Assembly: GCA_965205295.1 (NCBI GenBank)
Contig: OZ242167.1
Location: 135,788 to 199,787, forward strand
Direction: 5' to 3'
DNA length: 64,000 bases
Source: Candidatus Multivorans sp.
GTDB taxonomy: Bacteria > Acidobacteriota > Thermoanaerobaculia > Multivoradales > Multivoraceae
In this document: piece after piece, positions 1 to 8,689 of the stretch
How the letters are laid out: each line of letters begins with the position of its first letter
How positions within the stretch are numbered: position 1 is the stretch's first letter
Made by a program: the position numbers and the translations under genes
Notes under the pieces: generated by a model
What the model saw: only the letters and a program-made list of their open reading frames with translations
The model's database searches: none
What the model was told of the DNA's origin: nothing

Positions 1-348
1 GAGCCCGCCCAGAACCCACAGCTTGCCGTTGAGGCCGACGGCGGCGTTGGCGCGCACGCCTACCGGCGTTTCCGTGAGTCCGTTCCACTCGCCGCCGGCG
101 TCGCTGTCCAGCTTCCTCAAGTCGAGCGCCATCACGGTTCGTTCTCACAGGGGATCCTCGACCGAGCCCCGGAGCTCCCACCCCCCGGCGACGACGAGCT
201 GGTCGCCGACGATTGCGAGGCCGTGCGAAGACCGGCCGGCCGGAAGCTCCGGAAGCCGCTCCCAGCGATTCTCCGCGGGCAGAAAGCGGGCCGCACTGCG
301 CACGGAGTGCAGCTCGTCCGGCGCCCGCCTCGGGTTGTTCGCGCGCAT
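1..348 (-). other. Kelch-repeat (beta-propeller) protein fragments in two reading frames (145..348 and <1..132); possibly one gene with a frameshift, partial at window edge
   Basis: Minus-strand translations HGLAIVGDQLVVAGGWE and GEWNGLTETPVGVRANAAVGLNGKLWVLGG look like Kelch blades. The two pieces are in different frames separated by a stop, and the 5' side abuts the cytochrome c gene. Confidence 0.25.
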
Positions 349-394
349 CCGCTACCTGATCAGACGGCCGGAGTCGGTTCAGCCAATGGGGGAA

Positions 395-928
395 TCAGCC
401 GCAGTCCATGCTGTTCGAGCGCACGTACGCGATCACCTGCCAGATCGTGTCGTCGGGAATCTTGCCCCCGAACGGGAGCATCTCCGTGTCGGGGACACCC
501 TTCGTGATCACGCGAAAGAGATCGGCGTCCTCGCTGCCGTGCTGCCAGTTGCAGTCGAAGAGGTTCGGCGCGTCCTTCGTGACCCCCGGCTGCGTGGAGT
601 GGCAGTAGCCGGTGCAGACGGCCCGGAACATGCGCCGGCCGGCCGTGATCGCTGCGGGATCGTCGAGGTAGGCGGCAACGGGAGAGGAACTCGTCGCGGC
701 CGTCGATGCCGTTGGCTTCGCGGCCGTGGCTTCGGTGGCCGCGGCCGCGTCTCCGGCGGGTTCCGGCTGCGCGGATGCCGCGGACTGTGCGTCGCCTGGA
801 GCCGGGGCCGCTGGCTGATCGGCGGCCGGTCCGCCGCCGGTTGCACACGCGGCCAGCAGGACAGGCAGGACGAGTCGCGTGAGCGGCGCCCGACGGGTCG
901 GCTCGGTTCGTGGTTCGCTGTTGGACAA
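395..928 (-). CDS. c-type cytochrome with a single CxxCH haem site (CTGYCH) and a lipoprotein-like signal; XoxG-like electron-acceptor candidate for the adjacent PQQ dehydrogenase
   Basis: ORF 177 aa. N-terminal hydrophobic segment ends in LLAAC, followed by an Ala/Pro-rich linker and a class I cytochrome c fold motif CxxCH. Same strand and immediately downstream of the xoxJ-like gene. Confidence 0.75.
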   Translation of the reverse strand: MSNSEPRTEPTRRAPLTRLVLPVLLAACATGGGPAADQPAAPAPGDAQSAASAQPEPAGDAAAATEATAAKPTASTAATSSSPVAAYLDDPAAITAGRRMFRAVCTGYCHSTQPGVTKDAPNLFDCNWQHGSEDADLFRVITKGVPDTEMLPFGGKIPDDTIWQVIAYVRSNSMDCG

Positions 929-952
929 GGCGTTGCTCCTCTGCCTGGCGGG

Positions 953-1768
953 CTACTCGCCGCCGACGCCTAGCGCGCGGATCGCGGCCGGCGACGACAC
1001 GGTGGTGAAGGGTTGGGTTCGGAAGATGCCGTACCGGGCGGCAAGTCGATCCAGCGTGCCGTCGCGCCGCAGGTCGTCGAGCACTCGCTCGATCTCGGGG
1101 CCGAGGCGGTCGCCGGCTCGTACGGCCGCGTGCTCGTTGAAGCGCAGGCCGGTGGGAGGCTCGAACCCGCCAACCGGCGCCCTCTGAAGCCGCGCCAGGG
1201 CCGGGCCCCAGATCAGGGCCGCGACGGCTCGACCGTCGTCCACGGCGTCCGCCACGTCCGCCGCGGTCGGCTGCGAGGTCCAGTCGAGACCCAGGGCCTG
1301 GGCCGCGAAGTGACCGAGCGACTGGAGCCGGACCGCGACCTTGCGGTCGGCGAAGGCGCTTGCCAGGCGGTCCCACTCAAGAGCCTCCGCGCCGGGCATG
1401 TAGATCTCGAAGGCGGCCGCGTAGTACGGCGGCGTGAGGTCGAGTGCTGCTCCCAACCGGCCCAGCGCCAGCTCGCCGGGGATCGAGGGCGAGAGATCGC
1501 AGTCGCCGGCCACGAGATCGTCGAGTGGCAGGTCGGTGTCGTCGATCTCGGAGTAGGGCGGGGCGTTCGGGCGCCACACGGGCACGAAGTCGCGCCCGAG
1601 GCGCCGGGCTGCCTCGCTGAACAGGTCGTGGTCGAAGCCGGAGGCGCCGGTGCGGTCGGCGCGCGGGAGGTCGTCCTCGAGCAGGCAGACGCGCAGGTCC
1701 TCCGCCTGGGCGGGAACGACGGCCCAGAGGAGAATCGACAGCACACCGGCCGGCGCCAGGCGGGTCAC
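953..1768 (-). CDS. xoxJ: periplasmic solute-binding-protein-like protein of the quinoprotein-dehydrogenase-associated (MoxJ/XoxJ) type
   Basis: An in-frame GTG at 1768 gives M-TRLAPAGVLSILLWAVVPAQA as a signal peptide. This GTG overlaps the TGA stop of the upstream PQQ dehydrogenase (GTGA), indicating translational coupling. Family-3 SBP-like sequence sits between the PQQ-ADH and the cytochrome c. Confidence 0.6.
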   Translation of the reverse strand: MTRLAPAGVLSILLWAVVPAQAEDLRVCLLEDDLPRADRTGASGFDHDLFSEAARRLGRDFVPVWRPNAPPYSEIDDTDLPLDDLVAGDCDLSPSIPGELALGRLGAALDLTPPYYAAAFEIYMPGAEALEWDRLASAFADRKVAVRLQSLGHFAAQALGLDWTSQPTAADVADAVDDGRAVAALIWGPALARLQRAPVGGFEPPTGLRFNEHAAVRAGDRLGPEIERVLDDLRRDGTLDRLAARYGIFRTQPFTTVSSPAAIRALGVGGE

Positions 1769-3561
1769 TGCGTGAGTTCGAAGACCAGCAGGACGCTGCC
1801 CTCCGGCAGCGACGGAGCGGTGCCGACCGTGGTCTGGACGATGCCGCCGCCGCCCGAGCCGACGGCCATGAAGGTCCGCCCGTCGTGCTGGTAGGCGATC
1901 GGATGGCTGCGGATTCCGGAGCCGGTCTGGTAGCGCCACACCTCGTCGCCGGTCTCGGCGTCGAAGCCGAGCAGGTGACCGCTCGCGTTGCCGGTGATCA
2001 CGAGACCGCCTTCGGTGCTGAGCACGCCGGCCATCATCGGCGTCGGATCCCGGTAGCTCCAGCGGGTCTCGCCGGTGCTCACGTCGATGGCCGACAGGTG
2101 GCCGTAGGACTTGCCTTCGACGGTGTCCGACGGAATCGGTTCACCGCCGAAGAAGGGGATGCCCTCGACGAAGACGACGAGGCCCTTGCGGAACATCATG
2201 CAGCTCTCGATCGTCGGCACGTAGGCCAGGCCGGTGACCGGACTGTAGGCGCCGGCGTAGGCCGCGTTGTTGCCGCCGGCAAGGCCGGGGCAGACGCGCT
2301 GGGTCGGCTCGTCGGCGGGCTTCATCGCCGGGTTGACCACGGGACGGCCATTCTCGTCCAGCGTCGCCCAGTTCAACTGATGAACGTACTGGTTGGCATG
2401 CAGGAAGCCGCCGTCACGGCGGTCCAGCACGTAGAAGTAGCCGTTCCGGTTCGCCTGGACGAGGGCGGGGATCGTCTGCTCGTTGACCTGTACGTCGACC
2501 AGCCACACCTCCGAGTTGCCGTCGTAGTCCCAGACGTCGTGGGGCGTGAACTGGAAGTGCCACTTGCGCTCGCCGGTTGCGATGTCGACCGCCAGAACGC
2601 TGTCGCTGTACAGGTTGTCGCCCTCGCGCGTGTCGCCGTTCCAGTCGGGAGACGGATTGCCTGTGGTCCAGAACAGGGTCCTGGTCGCCGGGTCGTAGCT
2701 GCCGGTGGCCCAGGTGGGAGCGCCGCCGGTCTTGTACGAATCGCCGGCCCAGGTCTCGACGCCGGGCTGGCCGTCGTCGGGCACCGTGTAGTGGCGCCAG
2801 AGCCGCTTGCCGGTCTCGACGTCGTAGCCGTCGAAGAAGCCGCGCACCCCGTACTCGCCGCCGCCGATGCCGATTACAGCCACGCCTTCTGCGATGAGGG
2901 GCGCCGAGGTGATCGAGAAGCCGGAGGCGTAGGGCTCGACCTCGGTGTTCCAGAGCAACTCGCCGCTCTTGCGGTTGAAGGCGAGCAGCCGGGCGTCCAG
3001 GGTGCCCATGACGACCACGTCTCCGGAGATGCCCACCCCCCGGTTCACCGGTCCGCAGCAGATGCGCAGATCGGAGGGGTTCTGGTGGTCGTAGCGCCAC
3101 AGCAGACTGCCGTCGCCGGCGTCGTAGGCGAGCAGGCGGTTCATCGACGAAGTCAGGTAGAGGACGCCGTCGTAGACCACGGGCGAGGACTCGAGCTGGC
3201 CCGAGACGCCGGTCTGGGCGATCCAGGCCAGCCGCAACCCGGAGGCGCTCTCGGGAGTGAGTTCGGTGATCGGCGAGTGGCGCCAGCTTCCGTAGTTGCC
3301 GCCGTAGTGGAGCCAGGACTCACGGGTCGGGGCCGCTTCGAGCAGCGACTGCTCGACGGGCCCGGCGCCGTCGCCGACTGCGCCGGTCGCCGTCCAGTGG
3401 GTTTGCGGGCCCGCGGCTACGCCTTCCTCCTGAGCAGCGAGCGGGATCGCCAGAGTCGCGAAAACGATCGCCAGGTAGATCGTGGAGCGCCATCGGTGAG
3501 CTCTCGCCTGAATCTTCGTAGTCCCGGCGTGCGCTGTCTCTTGAAGCGGCGTGGCTCGCAT
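1765..3561 (-). CDS. xoxF: PQQ-dependent alcohol/methanol dehydrogenase, XoxF/PedH-type (lanthanide-type D-Y-D active-site signature)
   Basis: ATG at 3561 (MRATPLQ..., signal-like N-terminus). Eight-bladed PQQ propeller with tryptophan-docking repeats. The vicinal disulfide C-C (RICCGPVNRG) is typical of the MDH/ADH type I quinoproteins. The motif PHDVWDYDGNSE has Asp two residues after the catalytic Asp, where MxaF has Ala. The six-frame ORF extends spuriously to 3744. Confidence 0.8.
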   Translation of the reverse strand: MRATPLQETAHAGTTKIQARAHRWRSTIYLAIVFATLAIPLAAQEEGVAAGPQTHWTATGAVGDGAGPVEQSLLEAAPTRESWLHYGGNYGSWRHSPITELTPESASGLRLAWIAQTGVSGQLESSPVVYDGVLYLTSSMNRLLAYDAGDGSLLWRYDHQNPSDLRICCGPVNRGVGISGDVVVMGTLDARLLAFNRKSGELLWNTEVEPYASGFSITSAPLIAEGVAVIGIGGGEYGVRGFFDGYDVETGKRLWRHYTVPDDGQPGVETWAGDSYKTGGAPTWATGSYDPATRTLFWTTGNPSPDWNGDTREGDNLYSDSVLAVDIATGERKWHFQFTPHDVWDYDGNSEVWLVDVQVNEQTIPALVQANRNGYFYVLDRRDGGFLHANQYVHQLNWATLDENGRPVVNPAMKPADEPTQRVCPGLAGGNNAAYAGAYSPVTGLAYVPTIESCMMFRKGLVVFVEGIPFFGGEPIPSDTVEGKSYGHLSAIDVSTGETRWSYRDPTPMMAGVLSTEGGLVITGNASGHLLGFDAETGDEVWRYQTGSGIRSHPIAYQHDGRTFMAVGSGGGGIVQTTVGTAPSLPEGSVLLVFELTQ

Positions 3562-3721
3562 CGACAAACTCCCTCCTGTGCAACGTCCAAGATGTCGCGG
3601 AACGGTGCTCTCGTGCCGCCGTTGACGCGAACCGCGGATGATACCGTGCAGCGCGTTTTCGGTTTCCAGCGACACCGGGCCCGGCGCCCGAGTTGCCTGC
3701 CACGCCAAGGAGAAGATCAGA

Positions 3722-4837
3722 ATGACGGACGACGACAGCGGCACGCAGAGCCTCTACGGCCGGCTCGACCCGGACCAGGTCAGCGCCTTCGCCTTGAAGG
3801 TGTGGAAGTACAAGCAGGGCGAGCTGGTCTCCCTGATGATCCACCTCGGCGATCGCCTGGGCATCTACCGGACGCTGCGGGGCTTGGGGCCCGTCACCGT
3901 GTTGGAGTTGGCCGAGGCGAGCGGACTCAAGGAGCGCTGGCTGCTCGAGTGGCTGCGCGGCCAGACGGCAGCCGGGCTGATCGAGTACCACGCGGCCGAG
4001 AACGGCGGCGAGCCGCGGTTCGAGTTCACCGACGTGGCTGCCGCGGTGCTGGCCGACGAAGAGCGGTCCGTGGCCTTTGCCGCCGGCGCTTTCGGCTACC
4101 CGCCCGATCACGCCGTGATCGACGGCCTCGCGGAGGCGTTCAAGACCGGAGTCGGTCTCTCGTACCAGCAACTCGGCCCCTGCGCCGCCCATCGCACCGA
4201 GCGGATGCTCGGTCCGTGGACCCGGCAGGCGTTGGTGCCGCGGATCATCCCGGCGCTCGACGGGGTCGAGGAACGGCTGCGGTCCGGGATCGACGTCGTC
4301 GATGTCGGCTGCGGCGGCGGCGTGGCGCTCCTGTCGCTGGCGCGCGCCTTCCCGGCGTCGCGCTTCGTCGGCTACGACCCGTCCGAGCACGCGATCGAGA
4401 TCGCCGGCGAGCGGACCAGGGAAGCCGGCGTCGCCAACGCGGAGTGGCGGGTCGCGCGCGGTGAGGATCTGCCGGCGTCGCCGACCTTCGACCTGGTCGT
4501 CACCTTCGACTGCATTCACGACATGACGCGGCCGGATCGGGTGATCTCCGCCATCCGCGGCGCCGTCCGGGACGACGGCACCTGGCTGATCAAGGACATC
4601 CGCAGCAGCCCCCGGTTCGAGGACAACCTCCGCAATCCGGTGCTTGCGCTGCTCTACGGGTTCTCCGTCTCGGCCTGCATGTCGTCCGCCCTGTCCGAAC
4701 CGGACGGCCTCGGCCTCGGAACTCTCGGTTTCAACCCGGTGGTGGCGGAGCGGATGGTGCGTGAAGGCGGCTTCACGCGCTTCCGGATGCACGACTTCGA
4801 CGACCCGGCGAACCTGTACTACGAAGTCCGACCGTAG
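3722..4837 (+). CDS. class I SAM-dependent methyltransferase (small-molecule/O-MT type)
   Basis: ATG at 3722 is preceded by AAGGAGAAG. Motif I is VVDVGCGGGV, with an acidic motif II downstream. Divergent from xoxF. Confidence 0.75.
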   Translation: MTDDDSGTQSLYGRLDPDQVSAFALKVWKYKQGELVSLMIHLGDRLGIYRTLRGLGPVTVLELAEASGLKERWLLEWLRGQTAAGLIEYHAAENGGEPRFEFTDVAAAVLADEERSVAFAAGAFGYPPDHAVIDGLAEAFKTGVGLSYQQLGPCAAHRTERMLGPWTRQALVPRIIPALDGVEERLRSGIDVVDVGCGGGVALLSLARAFPASRFVGYDPSEHAIEIAGERTREAGVANAEWRVARGEDLPASPTFDLVVTFDCIHDMTRPDRVISAIRGAVRDDGTWLIKDIRSSPRFEDNLRNPVLALLYGFSVSACMSSALSEPDGLGLGTLGFNPVVAERMVREGGFTRFRMHDFDDPANLYYEVRP

Positions 4838-4906
4838 CGGCCTGACTACCTGAAGGAGGTTGAGTCGACGTCCGGCGAGGGCCCTACTCCGAAACCCGCT
4901 GGCTCG

Positions 4907-6555
4907 TCATTGTGGAAGGACCGCGAACGGAGGATTCGCGTCCTCCCAGGCCCGTATTCCCTCCCAAAGACCTGTCGCTTCCAGCCACTCCCGCGACATC
5001 GCCAGCCGCAACCCGCTGGCTATGCTCTTCACGCCGACGGTCTTGGGCATGTCCCCAAGGACGTGCCTTAGTCCGCTTCGCAAGATCTCCATCATGTCGT
5101 GTCCCCGTGCGACAAACCAGGGAGCTTCATCCAGGAGCTCCTCTGTGCGGTCCTGCCAAGCCTTTCGATCCAGGGCGGACCTGGCGACAACAGCGCTGAT
5201 GAGGGCGGCTTCCCCTCACCGTCGACGAGTTCGCAGTGCTTGTCTCGCCGCTCCCTCCAGAACCGCATGTCGTCTTTGCCTTCAAGGACGAGAAACGCCC
5301 CGGAGTGCGCTTGGCGGTGCATCTCGATTTCGGCTGCCAGGACGCCTGGCGTCTTGTTGCCGAACAGCATCTCGGTCTCTATCGGAGGAAGGGACGGGGC
5401 GTATTGCGGCCGTTGTGCCGTTGGCCGCCGCCGTGGGCCGTCAGACCTGGTCGCCAAGCCCCACCATGAGGTCGTCCCGCTCGCCGATGATGTAGGGCGA
5501 GTGGGTCGCCACGATGGCGTCGAAGGCGGACAGCTTGGCGAACTCCAGCAGGTCGGGAAGAAAGCGCTTCTGCCACGAGACGTGCAGCGAGAGTTCAGGC
5601 TCGTCGATGAGTACGATCGTGTTCCTCTTGGCTCGGAACAGGAGGTCGTAGTGCAACACCAACTCATGCTGCTCGCCAGACGAAAGCGAGCTGAGCGACA
5701 ATTTGGCGCCGGAGTCGGTCTCGGCCACGAAGCCGCCTTCGCGATCGACTCGTAACCTCTTGTGTCTGAACTTTCCGTTGATGCTGTCCAAGAGGCTTCG
5801 CACACGTCTGGAAAGATCGGCGAGAGCTTGGAGTTTCCGTTCCGTGTCTTGAACATAGAGCGTCATCACCCGGGCCGTCATCTCGCGGGCCTGTGGGTCG
5901 TCCAACTCAGATTTTACATCCGGGCGGTGACTGGGTTGCTCGCTGGCTTCGTCCAGGATTCCGAGAGATTTCAGTTGATCGGTCTCACTCTTCAAGGCCG
6001 TCATGCGTTGTTGAAGCTGCTCACTAGGGAAGCTGTCTCTGGCCGCCACGAGTCGCTGAGGGAACGTCTGGTCCAACACCTGTGCCTGTCTGCCGTAACT
6101 CGCCATTGTCTCGCGAAGTCGCTCGCCGAATTCCCGGCTTCGTTCCAATACAGTCGGCACCGCGGAGTCGCTGAACCGAGGGTTGGACCAAGGATTGGAC
6201 CAAGCCCTTGGATTCGGTCTGGAGCGCACTAGGCGTTGGGTTTCGATGAAGTGGACGCTGGCGTTCTCAAGGAACGCTTGAAACCACGGCGGGAGTCCCG
6301 AATCGGGGGTGCCACGAGTGGACGCGAGCAACCCCAGGAGCTTGCCCTTGGAAGAAAGTTCTCCTTCGCGAAGTTCGTCGAGGGAAGGCGGAAGCGGCAG
6401 GTAGGGTGGCGCGATGTCGTCGGCTTCGGCACGGAGGGGAATTTCGGCTGCCCTCGTATCACCGAGTCCACGGTCATGAACGACATCGATCAGATCGGCG
6501 GCGCGTGCGAAGTGTCCGTCTTCACGCCTCCTGGAAACGGCGGGCCGTACAGCGG
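4907..6555 (-). pseudogene. degraded OLD-family ATP-dependent endonuclease gene (ABC-type ATPase plus TOPRIM), N-terminally truncated and frameshifted, inside a lower-GC islet
   Basis: Frame 1 (5441..6555) carries the ABC signature LSLSSLSSGEQ, Walker B VLIDEPELSLH and H-loop ATHSP, but no Walker A. Frame 2 (5092..5370) has a TOPRIM-like AFLVLEGKDD. Frame 3 (4907..5215) continues with a coherent protein. The shifts occur at about 5441 and in a C4 run at 5212-5215. Local GC is about 55-58% against about 70% in the flanks. A 12-nt tandem duplication at 6183-6206 gives PWSNPWSNP. Confidence 0.45.
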
Positions 6556-8649
6556 TCACTGCCAGCGCAGGTCGACCCGGTCGATCGCCACGCCGTTCGG
6601 CGGCAGCGCTTCGCCGGCGTCGAAGGGGACTTCGAGGACGAGAGGAGCGCCTGAGAGCCACGGGGCGGCGGGCAGCTTGCGCGTCTGCCAACCGGTCGGG
6701 TCGCTGCCGTCCTCATCGGTGAAGGTCAGACGGCCGATCTCGCGGCTGCCGGAGCGGGCGATCAGGGTCAGCGGCGCGGGACGGTTTCGCACCGGCCGGA
6801 CGGTCACGGTGAGTTCCACCTGGTTGCCGCCGGGTATCACGGGCGCTTCGGCACGCGTGCCTTCCGGGAACACCCATGCTTCCGGGTACCGCGTACGGTC
6901 CATGATCCAGCGTTCCGGGTCCAGATTGCCGCCGCTCCGCTGGATCGCGGCGCTCTCGATCTCGAGCCGCCGCGTCGGCAGGGCGCCGGCGAGGACGGGG
7001 AGGGCGGCGAGGGCGAGCACGGGGATGCCGGCAAGCGCCGCCGCGATTGCCTTGTGCCGGACGCGCCCCGCAACGAGAGCGAGGCAGACGGCCGCGAGGG
7101 GGACCAGCCAGGTCGCACTTCGGGGCCGCGTGGCCGAGGGCAGAAAGCGCGCGAAGTCGACACCGCTGCGAGCCTCCAGGTAGTGGATCAGGTGGTGGCG
7201 GCCGTCGGCCAGGTTGTAGGTCCAGCCCGGTTCCACCACGTAGAGCACGGCCAGCGCCCCGCTTAGAAGGGCCAGCACCAGGGCCAGCGCCGTCATGCCC
7301 GCCGGGAGGCCGCCGGCAGCGGCCCCGGATGCCGAGGCGGCGCGGCCGGACTCGAGTCGCCGTTCGAACAGCGGCGCCAGCAGCAGGGCGAGGAAGGGCA
7401 ACACGACGAGGCCGTACCGAAACGGCGGCGACCAGCCGCCGTACCACTCGCGGCGCGAGGCGACCAGCAACAGTGTCGGCAGGGCGATCAGCGCGACCTC
7501 GAACAGGAGGCGGCGGTTGCGCCGCCAGGCGACCACGGCGGCGGGAAACAGGAGCAGCCAGATCGGTGCGCAGGCGACGAGGCCGTAGGCGACATCGAAG
7601 AACAGCCCGTTCAGACCGAGCGCGATGCTGGTCGCCGATTCGCGCGAGGGGGTCAACTCGCTCCACGAGTGCATGCCGAGCACGGTTCCGAAGCGCGCGT
7701 GGTTCAGCCACAGGACCAGGGCGCCGGCGGGAGCGAGGATTGCCGCCAGCCGCAACATGCCGCGGCGCCGGCGTCCGGGTTCGAGACGCAGCACCCAGAT
7801 CAGGGCGAGCGCGGCGCTGACCAGGACGAGTCGGACTTTGATCGCCGGCAGCAGGGCCAATGCTCCGGCGAGCAGTAGCCAGAGGCCCCAATTCGCACGG
7901 GAGGCGTCGAGTGGTCGGCCTTGCGCGCCGGCTGTGAGGCGGGTGATCCACCGGTAGGCCGCGACCGCGAGCAGAACGGCGGCGACGTCGGCCCAGATCT
8001 GCTGGCTGTAGAGCAGGAACGGGGCGGCGAAGCCGAAGGTCAGATAGACGAGGAGTCTTGCCCGGGAGTCCGGGCTGAACGCGGTGAGATCGAGCACGAG
8101 CCAGGCGCTGAGCGCGGCCAGCGCCGCGATCACGATCATGGCGCCGGCCCTGCCGCCCAGGCGGTATGCCGGCGCCATGACTGCCTGCAGCAGGGCGCCG
8201 TGCCGCGAGTGGACCGCGCCGTCCGGCTTCTCGGGGTCTCCAGGCTGCGGTTCGATCGCCCGGGGCATGAAGTTGAGCGAGTCCCGGTCGCGGTAGTTGT
8301 TCGCCAGATCGAGGTCGAAGTCGTGGGCGATGCTGTGGGTTGCCAGGAGGAACCAGGGCTCGTCGCCGTCGGGCGCCCGCGTACTCGTCGACCACGGAAT
8401 CAGCGCCAGGTAGAAGCCGAAGGGCAAGAGCAGAAAGACGAGCGGCGGCCGCGGCGAGGTCGCGGAGCGGTCGAGTAGCGGTTCCAGCGCCAGGACGCGG
8501 CAAACGACGTAGAGCAGACCCAGCGCCACGGCGCCGCCCACGCCCAAGGGCTGCCACCCGTCAACGCCCAGGAGCGGCGCACCGAGCGCCGACGCGCCGA
8601 GTAGCCCGGCGGCCGCCAACGCCCAAGTTTCCATGCCGCCGCGGACCAT
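6556..8649 (-). CDS. polytopic integral membrane protein, GT-C/ArnT-like (glycosyltransferase family 39-like) candidate
   Basis: ORF of 697 aa, or 692 aa from the second Met at 8634, with more than 10 predicted hydrophobic helices and periplasmic loops plus a C-terminal soluble domain. It lies 40-55 nt downstream of coxL on the same strand. Confidence 0.5.
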   Translation of the reverse strand: MVRGGMETWALAAAGLLGASALGAPLLGVDGWQPLGVGGAVALGLLYVVCRVLALEPLLDRSATSPRPPLVFLLLPFGFYLALIPWSTSTRAPDGDEPWFLLATHSIAHDFDLDLANNYRDRDSLNFMPRAIEPQPGDPEKPDGAVHSRHGALLQAVMAPAYRLGGRAGAMIVIAALAALSAWLVLDLTAFSPDSRARLLVYLTFGFAAPFLLYSQQIWADVAAVLLAVAAYRWITRLTAGAQGRPLDASRANWGLWLLLAGALALLPAIKVRLVLVSAALALIWVLRLEPGRRRRGMLRLAAILAPAGALVLWLNHARFGTVLGMHSWSELTPSRESATSIALGLNGLFFDVAYGLVACAPIWLLLFPAAVVAWRRNRRLLFEVALIALPTLLLVASRREWYGGWSPPFRYGLVVLPFLALLLAPLFERRLESGRAASASGAAAGGLPAGMTALALVLALLSGALAVLYVVEPGWTYNLADGRHHLIHYLEARSGVDFARFLPSATRPRSATWLVPLAAVCLALVAGRVRHKAIAAALAGIPVLALAALPVLAGALPTRRLEIESAAIQRSGGNLDPERWIMDRTRYPEAWVFPEGTRAEAPVIPGGNQVELTVTVRPVRNRPAPLTLIARSGSREIGRLTFTDEDGSDPTGWQTRKLPAAPWLSGAPLVLEVPFDAGEALPPNGVAIDRVDLRWQ

Positions 8650-8689
8650 CTTCGTCCGGCAGTGTACCGACGGCCGGCGCGCGTCTACT

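Noticed and set aside
1885-4464. 859-aa plus-strand ORF and the many other 300-700-aa ORFs antisense to real genes (for example 6713-8557, 8891-10972, 17819-19876, 18057-20096, 22848-24497, 27678-29207, 29282-30808, 32485-33231, 35131-36030, 39507-40931, 46254-47276, 48652-49965)
   Set aside because: They are Arg/Gly/Ala/Pro-rich translations with no motifs. Each lies opposite or out of frame to a gene with clear homology signals, as expected for open antisense frames at about 70% GC.
3722-4837. Methyltransferase next to the OLD-like remnant as a possible restriction-modification MTase
   Set aside because: Its motifs are those of class I small-molecule methyltransferases (VVDVGCGGG, no DPPY/NPPY or amino-MTase motif IV). 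Its GC content is genome-typical, unlike the adjacent islet.
5092-5370. Reading the TOPRIM-like 93-aa ORF as an intact small AriB/DUF4435-type partner gene
   Set aside because: Its C-terminal third is Ser/Pro-rich junk, and the sequence reads coherently only after a shift into the 4907-5215 frame. The simpler explanation is a single disrupted OLD-class-1 gene.
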